From a bacterium (GTDB lineage Bacteria > Muiribacteriota > UBA6191): a DNA stretch of 25,544 nt. Shown piece after piece: positions 18,397-25,544 of the stretch; within the stretch, counting starts at the first letter, position 1, and the number at the start of each line of letters is the position of its first letter. Both the position numbers and the translations under genes were made by a program. Location: the NCBI GenBank assembly GCA_036339875.1, contig JAYZAC010000193.1:1-25544 (forward strand). The letters are read 5' to 3'. The notes below the pieces were generated by a model that ran no database searches, was not told where the DNA came from, and worked only from the letters and a program-made list of their open reading frames with translations.

Positions 18397-19440
18397 TCAG
18401 TTAGAAATGTTATAATATTTTTTGGCCAACTCAGAAGCTTTTTTAAATCGTTCTTTTCGGGAAATATCTTCACGGGAAATTTGTGCATAAATATTTACAT
18501 CTGGAATAAAATCAGGTGTTGTAGGTTCCATGGCAGCGTTGACTACTAATTGTATCATTTGATTTTGATAACGCTCGTACCACATTTGTCCCAGAGCTTC
18601 TAATCTACCATCTGGAATAGGGTTATTGAAGTCAATAGCCCATGGGGTTCCGTCACTATCAATGAAAAATTCAACACTGTTCATCTCATATCCCATTGAT
18701 CGACAAATTACCTGAGTCTGTTCAATTACATTTTTTTCTATCTCAGGTGGTAAAAAGTTTTCATCTTCCAAATACTCAGATTGATCGTTATCACGAAAAA
18801 CATATTTAGCTATTTCGATACTTTTACCCACACACAGACAACGTACTTGCCATTCTACTTCACTAGGTGCCATGGACTGTAAAACCATAATTTCTTTGCC
18901 AGATTTATCGTAAGCTTCCATTAATTCCATTCGGTTATTACACTTCGTAACACCGCGGGCTCCGCGACCATTAGCAGGTTTTATAAAACATGGAAAACCG
19001 ACTTCCTCGATTATACCCTCCCAATCAAAGAACTGATGATGCACGAAATCGTCTTCCTTAAAGAATGGGGTTTTACATGGAGGTAAAACGAATGTTGGCG
19101 GCACACTGCATCCCAATTGATGTGCAATATGATATCCCACATCTTTACGATTAATGAAATAATGAAAACTGAAAGGATTGTTGACAATACGGACTCCTCG
19201 GTGTGCCAGCATCATGAGTATGGAAATTCCGAGCTTAAAATAATGAGAGGCTCGATCAATAATAAAATCATATTCATATGGAAGATCAAGTCCGTATTCC
19301 TGGATTGGAATATGTTCTACTACTATTTGAACTTCCTCACCATTCGGTCTTTTAATTGGAGCCAGTTGTGATATGCGATAGTCTAATTCTTTCGAAAATG
19401 GCTCCTGAAAATAGAGCATTCCTACCCGAAAATACTGCAT
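18397..19440 (-). CDS. RimK-like ATP-grasp ligase (paralog A)
   Basis: YDFIIDR, IVNNP, VPPTFVLP, VGFPCFIKPANGRGARGV, MVLQ, GYEMNSVEF, AIDFNNPIPD. Confidence 0.85.
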   Translation of the reverse strand: MQYFRVGMLYFQEPFSKELDYRISQLAPIKRPNGEEVQIVVEHIPIQEYGLDLPYEYDFIIDRASHYFKLGISILMMLAHRGVRIVNNPFSFHYFINRKDVGYHIAHQLGCSVPPTFVLPPCKTPFFKEDDFVHHQFFDWEGIIEEVGFPCFIKPANGRGARGVTKCNNRMELMEAYDKSGKEIMVLQSMAPSEVEWQVRCLCVGKSIEIAKYVFRDNDQSEYLEDENFLPPEIEKNVIEQTQVICRSMGYEMNSVEFFIDSDGTPWAIDFNNPIPDGRLEALGQMWYERYQNQMIQLVVNAAMEPTTPDFIPDVNIYAQISREDISRKERFKKASELAKKYYNISN

Positions 19441-19634
19441 AATTTACCCTTCATTGAGAATGACCAGTCGTCGAAGACATATTATTGTAATAGTTATCGG
19501 TACAGTAGGTCGCATGAAAGATAATTTTATTTTTAGAATATGAAGAAATTCTTTATACATGGCAACCTTTTAGGTGGTAGATAAGTAGTATTAACTACGG
19601 CAGTTGTAAAAAATATTTATTCAACGGATTAAAC

Positions 19635-20570
19635 ATGAATAGAACACCCAAATACGTAATATATCTCGTGATTTTTTTATCAATATGGAACTTCAATCAT
19701 GCAAATATGATTAAGCACGGAATTAAAAATGTTGTCGATGTATCCTCGAGTTCCCAAGGTACATATTTTTTAAATAATTTTGGCATTGTTTATGTTCAGT
19801 CTAAAGGGACTTACATGCCATTGGATTTACCCGATAAAATAATTCAAATTCAAGCTGTTAGAGATAGTATTTTTATGCTCAGAGAAGACGGTAGTGTTTG
19901 GAGATTTCATGCCAAAGGTTTGCATTTGTTAGATGGTGATTTACCCAACCAACAGATCCTGGCATCAGATGACAAATTATATATGCTGAAACGCAGTGGT
20001 GGATTGTCGGTATTTGAAAATAATGCGCTGAGAAGTCTAGTTTATGATAGGAATTTCGAAGTGATGGTTATGAAGGGAAGCAACTCTATGTTTCTATTAG
20101 ATAGTTGGGGTCGCTTATTTCATTACGACACCTATGCTGAGCGCTCTGAACTAGCAGACCCTTCTCGAAACACAATTCAATTAGTTTCCGGAGACGGTAT
20201 CCTTTATATGCTGAAAAAAGATGGTCAAGTCTTCAAGTACGAAGATCTAGAATTTCATTCGTTGGACTTCGATGTTTCAGTTGAAACAATGGCCGCAGAA
20301 GGAGATTTTCTCTTTTTTATAGACAAAAAGAAAGGACTATTTGAGTACAACCGGATGATTGATCGTTTGACGCAGATTGACATGTCTGGAAAACCTAGCA
20401 TGCTAAGGGTCACGAACGGTAAATTGTATGTAGTTGATGAGAAGGGTGATGTTTTCGAATATGTTATTCCTTCAAAAAAGAAAGAGATCCAAGCTCAATT
20501 TAATCAAATGTGGAACAGTTCTGATATGTATCCTCAAAATAGTGGATTTGTCGATTCCTCAGCCAGATAA
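19635..20570 (+). CDS. Secreted beta-propeller repeat protein (about 7 blades)
   Basis: Signal-peptide-like N-terminus; seven repeats of about 36-39 aa, e.g. LYMLKRSGGLSVF, LYMLKKDGQVFKY, IFMLREDGSVWRF, LYVVDEKGDVFEY. Confidence 0.7.
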   Translation: MNRTPKYVIYLVIFLSIWNFNHANMIKHGIKNVVDVSSSSQGTYFLNNFGIVYVQSKGTYMPLDLPDKIIQIQAVRDSIFMLREDGSVWRFHAKGLHLLDGDLPNQQILASDDKLYMLKRSGGLSVFENNALRSLVYDRNFEVMVMKGSNSMFLLDSWGRLFHYDTYAERSELADPSRNTIQLVSGDGILYMLKKDGQVFKYEDLEFHSLDFDVSVETMAAEGDFLFFIDKKKGLFEYNRMIDRLTQIDMSGKPSMLRVTNGKLYVVDEKGDVFEYVIPSKKKEIQAQFNQMWNSSDMYPQNSGFVDSSAR

Positions 20571-20623
20571 CTTTTTTTGCAAACATAAATTTAGTTTCAA
20601 TGAAATATTCAAGTGAAACATTC

Positions 20624-20653
20624 TTGAGTCTATCCCTTTTACGATGTTAAATT
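20624..20653 (+). promoter_or_regulatory. Putative promoter for the acidic protein and ATP-grasp paralog B
   Basis: TTGAGT (20624-20629), 18 nt spacer, TAAATT (20648-20653) preceded by TG-n; AGGAG RBS at 20685-20689. Confidence 0.4.
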
Positions 20654-20695
20654 TTATACCGTATGTGAATAGGAATTTTTGCATAGGAGAAAAGT

Positions 20696-20926
20696 GTGAG
20701 TAAAATTTCCATCGGTTTGGAATTAGATAAAGAATTAGCGACTTGGTTTGAAGAGTATTGTGAGGACGGTTTACTTAGTATTGATGATGAATTATCAGCA
20801 ATATTAGAGGGACACATCGAGAACCAATTAGAGGAAGCCGGCGAGGTAGATGGACCAATTTTGTTAGACGAGGAAGAAATTTTGGAAGATCTTGACGGTT
20901 TAGAGGAAGAATTGTTTGAGGAATAA
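20696..20926 (+). CDS. Small hyper-acidic protein, possible ribbon-helix-helix-like N-terminus and Glu-rich tail
   Basis: GTG start with AGGAG RBS; 28 of 76 residues D/E, 2 K, 0 R; ends LEEELFEE; tandem TAA TAA stops. Confidence 0.8.
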   Translation: MSKISIGLELDKELATWFEEYCEDGLLSIDDELSAILEGHIENQLEEAGEVDGPILLDEEEILEDLDGLEEELFEE

Positions 20927-20984
20927 TAACCATATATCTATCTATTATTTATAAATCACTGTTAGATTTTATATTGGAGAAGCT

Positions 20985-22274
20985 ATGAAAAAAGTCAAAA
21001 AGACTATTGGCGTGATGGATCCCAATGCATTTTCCTTTCGTGAATCCATTGAGAAGTTAGTCGTAGCGTTAGCTCCGAAAATCAAATGGAACGACGAAAT
21101 CCATGAGGTAGAGACTCGGCGTATCAAATGTCGACCATACGATACATTGCGTGCTCGCACTACCTGTGATGCGATAATCAATCGTGGTGCACATTGGAAT
21201 CCGCATCATAATAGTTTTTTCCAACGAGTATCGCATAGAACCTATTTATTGAATGATATGAGTTCATTTTTTGCCATTAACAAAAACACTTCCTACGGAC
21301 AGATGTTCGAATTAGGTATGAAGATTCCGCCAACCTTTGCAATTCCACAAGAGGATAATTCAGAGTTCGAATTTAGTAGTAAAATCTCTTCTGATTTGGT
21401 GTTTCCTGAGTACGAAATGTTTGACCTCAAGGAAATAGGCGAAGCAGTAGGTTATCCAGCTTTTCTTAAACCACAAGACGGCGGTGGATGGATTGGCGTT
21501 CAGAAAGTGAGCAACCTTCAAGAATTAGAACTTGCTTACAAGAAGTCTGGGGCGAAACCCCAGAATTTACAGAAGGCCATTATAGACTATCAAGAGTTTA
21601 TTCGTTGTGTAGGGATGGGCCCGCAGGTAATTCCAATGCATTACAACGCAGAAGCGGAATTTTCTCACGATCGTTACCTACGTGGTGATGAAAATTTAGT
21701 TGAGCCAAACTTTTTAAATTCTGAAGTAGACCGTGAAGTTAAACAAATCTGTAAGATAATCAATGCATTTTACGGATGGGATCATAATTCTTGTGAGGTA
21801 TTGTTAACACAAGATGGAGATGTACACCCAATTGATTTTGCCAATGCCTACCCAGACTCTAGTTTAGTTAGCTTACATTATTATTTTCCAGAACTAGTAA
21901 AGAATACGGTTCGATGGTTATTATTCGTAGTATGTACAGATCGTAAGAAAAGAACCTTTGGGTACGACTGGGATAATTATTTTGAGATATTGGAACGTTC
22001 CAATAATGAGGAGCTAAGCTACCATAAGAAACTAGACTTTTATGAGGAGTTAGCAGATCAACATTATTCCACGAGAGATTTTCATGCTTTCTATGAGCAG
22101 GTTTTAGGGACGAAATTCGAACAAGCTTGTTATGATTTTTTTGCAAGTAGCGATTTTCAGGAGATTATCGAGGAAGAGGTGTCTAGATATTTCAAAATTC
22201 CATCTGAAAAACCTGCGAAAATCGAACAGTACAAAAAACTGCACGGCATATGGCTTGATCATCAGTCAAGCTAG
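20985..22274 (+). CDS. RimK-like ATP-grasp ligase (paralog B)
   Basis: CDAIINR, IPPTFAIP, VGYPAFLKPQDGGGWIGV, NLQKAI, GWDHNSCE, PIDFANAYPD, SLHYYFP; GGAG RBS. Confidence 0.85.
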   Translation: MKKVKKTIGVMDPNAFSFRESIEKLVVALAPKIKWNDEIHEVETRRIKCRPYDTLRARTTCDAIINRGAHWNPHHNSFFQRVSHRTYLLNDMSSFFAINKNTSYGQMFELGMKIPPTFAIPQEDNSEFEFSSKISSDLVFPEYEMFDLKEIGEAVGYPAFLKPQDGGGWIGVQKVSNLQELELAYKKSGAKPQNLQKAIIDYQEFIRCVGMGPQVIPMHYNAEAEFSHDRYLRGDENLVEPNFLNSEVDREVKQICKIINAFYGWDHNSCEVLLTQDGDVHPIDFANAYPDSSLVSLHYYFPELVKNTVRWLLFVVCTDRKKRTFGYDWDNYFEILERSNNEELSYHKKLDFYEELADQHYSTRDFHAFYEQVLGTKFEQACYDFFASSDFQEIIEEEVSRYFKIPSEKPAKIEQYKKLHGIWLDHQSS

Positions 22275-22299
22275 GGTTTCAGTTACCACCGACAAGATT

Positions 22300-23706
22300 T
22301 CAATTGTTTCTTAATTCGTTGTAACGCTGAAGTGCTGCCCTATACTCTACTTGCAATTTCTGTTTCAACTTAACGTCATCTCCCTTTAATGCTTGCTTCA
22401 GTTTTTCATATGTACTGAGATAAGCAACTCGAGCTTCGTCGATACTCATTTTAGATATAGGTTTTTGAGCTTCAGTTTCCGTAATGGACTCACTGACTTT
22501 CGTGACTATATCCAGCTCATTCGCACTATTCTGTTGAATTTTCTGATCCTGTTGATTGCTCTTGCTAATTAATTGGTCAGATGTGATTTGTACATTTGAT
22601 CCAGTAATACCTTGTGGATTTAGAAAATTAGCCTGCCCCTTCGGAGGGATGTAGGGTGTTGTTTGATTAGCTAATTGGTTTATATCAAGTTGGTTGTCAA
22701 TTTCAGCTTCAACTGCTGGGGGTAATTCCGGTTCTACCTCATTTTGAGAATTACCAATTGGAAGATTTCCTTCAGGTAGAGGAGTGGTCATATTGACCTG
22801 TGAGAATATAGGGTCAAATTGCTTACTTGAGATTAGAATGCCTTCAAAATTAGCTTTTGCATTCTTATATGCATTGTATGCACGCACTTTAGAGAATATG
22901 TTCAACCAGCCGATTTGTTTGTAAATCGCATAAGCTGTTTCCATATCTCGATTTGAGGCTGCAATTGATCGTTGAACCTCAGCTTGTAAATCCTTATAGG
23001 ACCTACGCGCTAGCATAATTGATTCATAGTCTCTATTTTTACGAATGACTGCCTCTAATATGCGCCTAGAAACATCATAAGCGCCGTAAGCTCTTTCAAT
23101 CTTGGCCAATCCTAAATAGGCACGATCTGTTGCAACTCCTTCTGGGAAACGTTCTGTTACAGCACTAAAATGACGTCGTGCATCTCCAAGATTACCGTCT
23201 GTGTAGGCCTGAACAGCTACTTGCAGAGCTTGCAATTCTTGAGGCCGAACTTGAGCATTCGCATTGTCTACGAGCGACTTAATACTGAAGGGGTTTGTTA
23301 TGCCGGGTGCATCCAATTGCATTGTGGGATTTAACATAGAATCTTGCGGTGTCATTCCAACAAACGGATTATCCAGTGATAGCTGTGGATCTACAATTGA
23401 GCCATTACTAGGTTTCGTACCGAAACCCATTTGCGGTCCAAGATCGTTATTGAAGGCCGAATTTCCTCTTAGTCCTTGTATTTGATTGGACGAGGAAGGA
23501 ATCGGAGTTGCGAGCATTGGGTTGGGCTGTAACTGATTTGGGTGACTGCCACTAAGACTCTCATTACCATAATTAGGCATGATTCCAACAGCCGGATTTT
23601 GCATGTTCTTAGCACCGTATCTCAAATCAGACTGATAAGGATTTGCGCTAGAACTAGTAAAAACTAATGCGCTGATTGCTACACTTATAAGGATTTTATT
23701 ATTCAT
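22300..23706 (-). CDS. Secreted TPR-containing protein with low-complexity N/P/Q regions
   Basis: Signal peptide; TPR-like pair (AYTDGNLGDARRHFSAVTERFP, AYLGLAKIERAYGAYDVSRRILEAV) of CpoB/BamD style; helical C-terminus. Confidence 0.65.
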   Translation of the reverse strand: MNNKILISVAISALVFTSSSANPYQSDLRYGAKNMQNPAVGIMPNYGNESLSGSHPNQLQPNPMLATPIPSSSNQIQGLRGNSAFNNDLGPQMGFGTKPSNGSIVDPQLSLDNPFVGMTPQDSMLNPTMQLDAPGITNPFSIKSLVDNANAQVRPQELQALQVAVQAYTDGNLGDARRHFSAVTERFPEGVATDRAYLGLAKIERAYGAYDVSRRILEAVIRKNRDYESIMLARRSYKDLQAEVQRSIAASNRDMETAYAIYKQIGWLNIFSKVRAYNAYKNAKANFEGILISSKQFDPIFSQVNMTTPLPEGNLPIGNSQNEVEPELPPAVEAEIDNQLDINQLANQTTPYIPPKGQANFLNPQGITGSNVQITSDQLISKSNQQDQKIQQNSANELDIVTKVSESITETEAQKPISKMSIDEARVAYLSTYEKLKQALKGDDVKLKQKLQVEYRAALQRYNELRNN

Positions 23707-23781
23707 AAAGGGCCTCTACTGGCTACGTGACTATTTCTAAAGAGCTTGTACCTAAGCTTTAATTGTCAGACAATACTACGA

Positions 23782-24789
23782 ATGAATCAGCAAAAAGTTT
23801 CAGTAGCTAATAGATCTTTTGTTCTGGGTGAGCATAAGTTTGATTATCCAATTATGGCTGCGCCTATGGCAGGTTATACTCGTCTGGCGACTAGGATACT
23901 TTACCGACGATTCGGAGCTAGTCTTAATGTTAGCGAGATGGTCAATGCGAGATTGGTAGCTGAGGATAACCCTAGAACACTTTCTATGTTGCAATCTTCT
24001 CCCTTAGAAAAGCCACTTTCAATACAAGTTTTTGGCGCGGAAACAAAAATTATGGAGAAAGCTTTGCCTAAGATAGTCGATCTGAGCGGAGCTATAAGTA
24101 TTGATTTGAATATGGGCTGTCCCGTTAAAAAAATTTCAAGTAACGGCTTTGGTGTTTCTTTGATGGCTCATCCGCAAAAAGTTTATGATCTAGTGTCTTC
24201 GATGGTTAATTCAAGTCCTGTACCAATTACTGTTAAAATGCGGTCTGGTCCTACGGTTGGGGAAGAAAGTTATTTGCAGGTAGGGGAAATGTGTCAAAAA
24301 GCTGGAGCGACAGCGGTTACTTTGCACCCTCGTACGAGAAAAGATAAGTTCGAAGCGGGAACTTGCAATTGGGATCATATAGGCAGATTAAAGCGAGCTT
24401 TGGATATACCAGTTATGGGTAACGGAGATATTCTGTGTGTTAAAGATGGTATAAGAATGATAGAGGAAACTGATTGTGATGGATTGATGATTGGCCGCGG
24501 AGCTGTTGGGAATCCTTGGATTTTTGAAGATTTTCAAAAATACTTCGAAGGAGAAAGTTCGTCTTTATATCGTTCTCTCATAGAGCGCTTAAATGTCGCA
24601 AGAGAGCATTTCCAGTTGGAGCTTCAATACGCTGCAAAATCAGAAGGAATGTTTAGACAGGTTAGAAAGAGTTTGCCCGAATACCTTAAAGGGACCCCAA
24701 GCTATATAATATTTAGAGAAGCACTCTGTAATTGTGAGAGTAACACCGATGTACTTAATCTTCTGGATAGATTCTTGAAAGAAGCCTAA
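23782..24789 (+). CDS. dusB: tRNA-dihydrouridine synthase (DusB/NifR3-like)
   Basis: APMAG, SEMV, IQVFG, DLNMGCP, VKMRSG, LHPRT, GNGDI, MIGRGAVGNPW. ATG 23782 preferred over TTG 23746. Subfamily assignment tentative. Confidence 0.88.
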   Translation: MNQQKVSVANRSFVLGEHKFDYPIMAAPMAGYTRLATRILYRRFGASLNVSEMVNARLVAEDNPRTLSMLQSSPLEKPLSIQVFGAETKIMEKALPKIVDLSGAISIDLNMGCPVKKISSNGFGVSLMAHPQKVYDLVSSMVNSSPVPITVKMRSGPTVGEESYLQVGEMCQKAGATAVTLHPRTRKDKFEAGTCNWDHIGRLKRALDIPVMGNGDILCVKDGIRMIEETDCDGLMIGRGAVGNPWIFEDFQKYFEGESSSLYRSLIERLNVAREHFQLELQYAAKSEGMFRQVRKSLPEYLKGTPSYIIFREALCNCESNTDVLNLLDRFLKEA

Positions 24790-25544
24790 TATTTTTCGAG
24801 TAACTCTGATTTGTAATCGTTTGTGATAATTGGGTACGCATTTGAAAGTCGCCAAAATTTTGCGGGTGTATTTCCGACGTACTCACCATCGACGCAGATA
24901 GGGATATTTGGCTTATGAATTTGTATTTCTTCAGATTCAAACAGTTCTACTTGTTTCATCTTAGAATGGTCTCCTAGCTGGTCCCTAAGCAGAAACTCAG
25001 CAACTGGTAACTTATTATTGTCAGTTAACAAACATGAGTGGAGACCGCTACTTAATAGCCTTTTTATTTTATGGTCTGATGATTTATCCAAAATCTCACC
25101 ATTACCTATAATTAGTCCTGTTCCCACAAGAGTCTGATCGGAGTAGTGGACATCAAATTTTTTGGGTCTTTCAAGCAGAGTTTTTCGAAGTGAATTAATA
25201 GTATGAAATCCTTTATGAGTTATTTTTTTAGATTTCAAAGATGCGGTTTGGTGAATAATTTCGGCCTTTAAACCCACATTAGCCGAGTGATGGAAATAAT
25301 AAATTTCTCCATTATCTAGTTGTACGGCACCTAAACTGATATTCAAGCTAAAGCCTATACAAATCATTTCACATGCTTCTTCTATATCTTTGGAAATTTT
25401 TAGACATTCAGATGATTTGTTCTTTGAGTCAATAGGAATAAGTCCAATGTTCTTTTTGATATTAGAATCGATAGCGGTCTGAATTAAAAGACGAAGACTT
25501 CTGTCTCCACCCATTAAAATCATTGTTGAATTATCTGAATTTAA
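24786..25544 (-). CDS. Diacylglycerol kinase / YegS-family fold protein with degenerate motifs, 5' end beyond window
   Basis: Frame is open from 25544 (LNSDNSTMILMGGDRS...); GGD, IGLIP, ANVGL, IIGNG, CVDGEYVGNTP follow DAGK family order. Confidence 0.72.
   Translation of the reverse strand, partial: LNSDNSTMILMGGDRSLRLLIQTAIDSNIKKNIGLIPIDSKNKSSECLKISKDIEEACEMICIGFSLNISLGAVQLDNGEIYYFHHSANVGLKAEIIHQTASLKSKKITHKGFHTINSLRKTLLERPKKFDVHYSDQTLVGTGLIIGNGEILDKSSDHKIKRLLSSGLHSCLLTDNNKLPVAEFLLRDQLGDHSKMKQVELFESEEIQIHKPNIPICVDGEYVGNTPAKFWRLSNAYPIITNDYKSELLEKY

Noticed and set aside
20696..20926. Graspetide (microviridin-type) RiPP precursor
   Set aside because: The C-terminal 40 residues contain no Thr/Ser/Lys donors for ester or amide crosslinks, and there are no core repeats or PFxL leader.
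1345..24940. The many short (60-123 aa) track ORFs overlapping larger genes (e.g. 1345-1581, 6207-6578, 8452-8724, 19117-19371, 21868-22146, 24755-24940)
   Set aside because: Antisense or alternate-frame shadows of well-supported genes, with no recognisable motifs.
1..25544. Selenoproteins by UGA readthrough, prompted by selD
   Set aside because: The TGA stops I examined fall at natural family C-termini or in ATGA overlaps; I saw no split redox motif or SECIS-like hairpin. Not an exhaustive scan.
1..25544. CRISPR array, IS element or prophage
   Set aside because: No regularly spaced repeats, transposase, terminal inverted repeats or phage genes seen.

Overview
AT-rich bacterial chromosomal segment, mostly housekeeping. 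I found no integrase, transposase, CRISPR array or prophage. Left to right: (1) a selenium/tRNA module on the minus strand, with Cys-type selD translationally coupled to mnmH/selU (runs off the left edge, missed by the ORF track) and a divergent TehB-like SAM methyltransferase; (2) a coupled operon encoding an unusual phosphoserine phosphatase (HAD)-class V aminotransferase fusion, serA and mfd; (3) a DUF47/PhoU-like regulator plus PiT phosphate transporter; (4) a GT-B glycosyltransferase-like gene; (5) tRNA-Gln(UUG), rlmN and DUF2237; (6) three secreted proteins (alpha/beta hydrolase, orphan, S8 subtilase); (7) tRNA-Thr(UGU); (8) two divergent paralogous RimK-like ATP-grasp ligases flanking a secreted beta-propeller and a 76-aa hyper-acidic protein ending in ...ELFEE; (9) a secreted TPR protein, a Dus, and a motif-degenerate DAG-kinase-family gene running off the right edge. 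Best candidates for undescribed biology are the ATP-grasp pair with the Glu-tailed small protein (possible peptide-tagging or carrier system) and the SerB-SerC-like fusion. All calls rest on motif recognition by eye; no searches were run.
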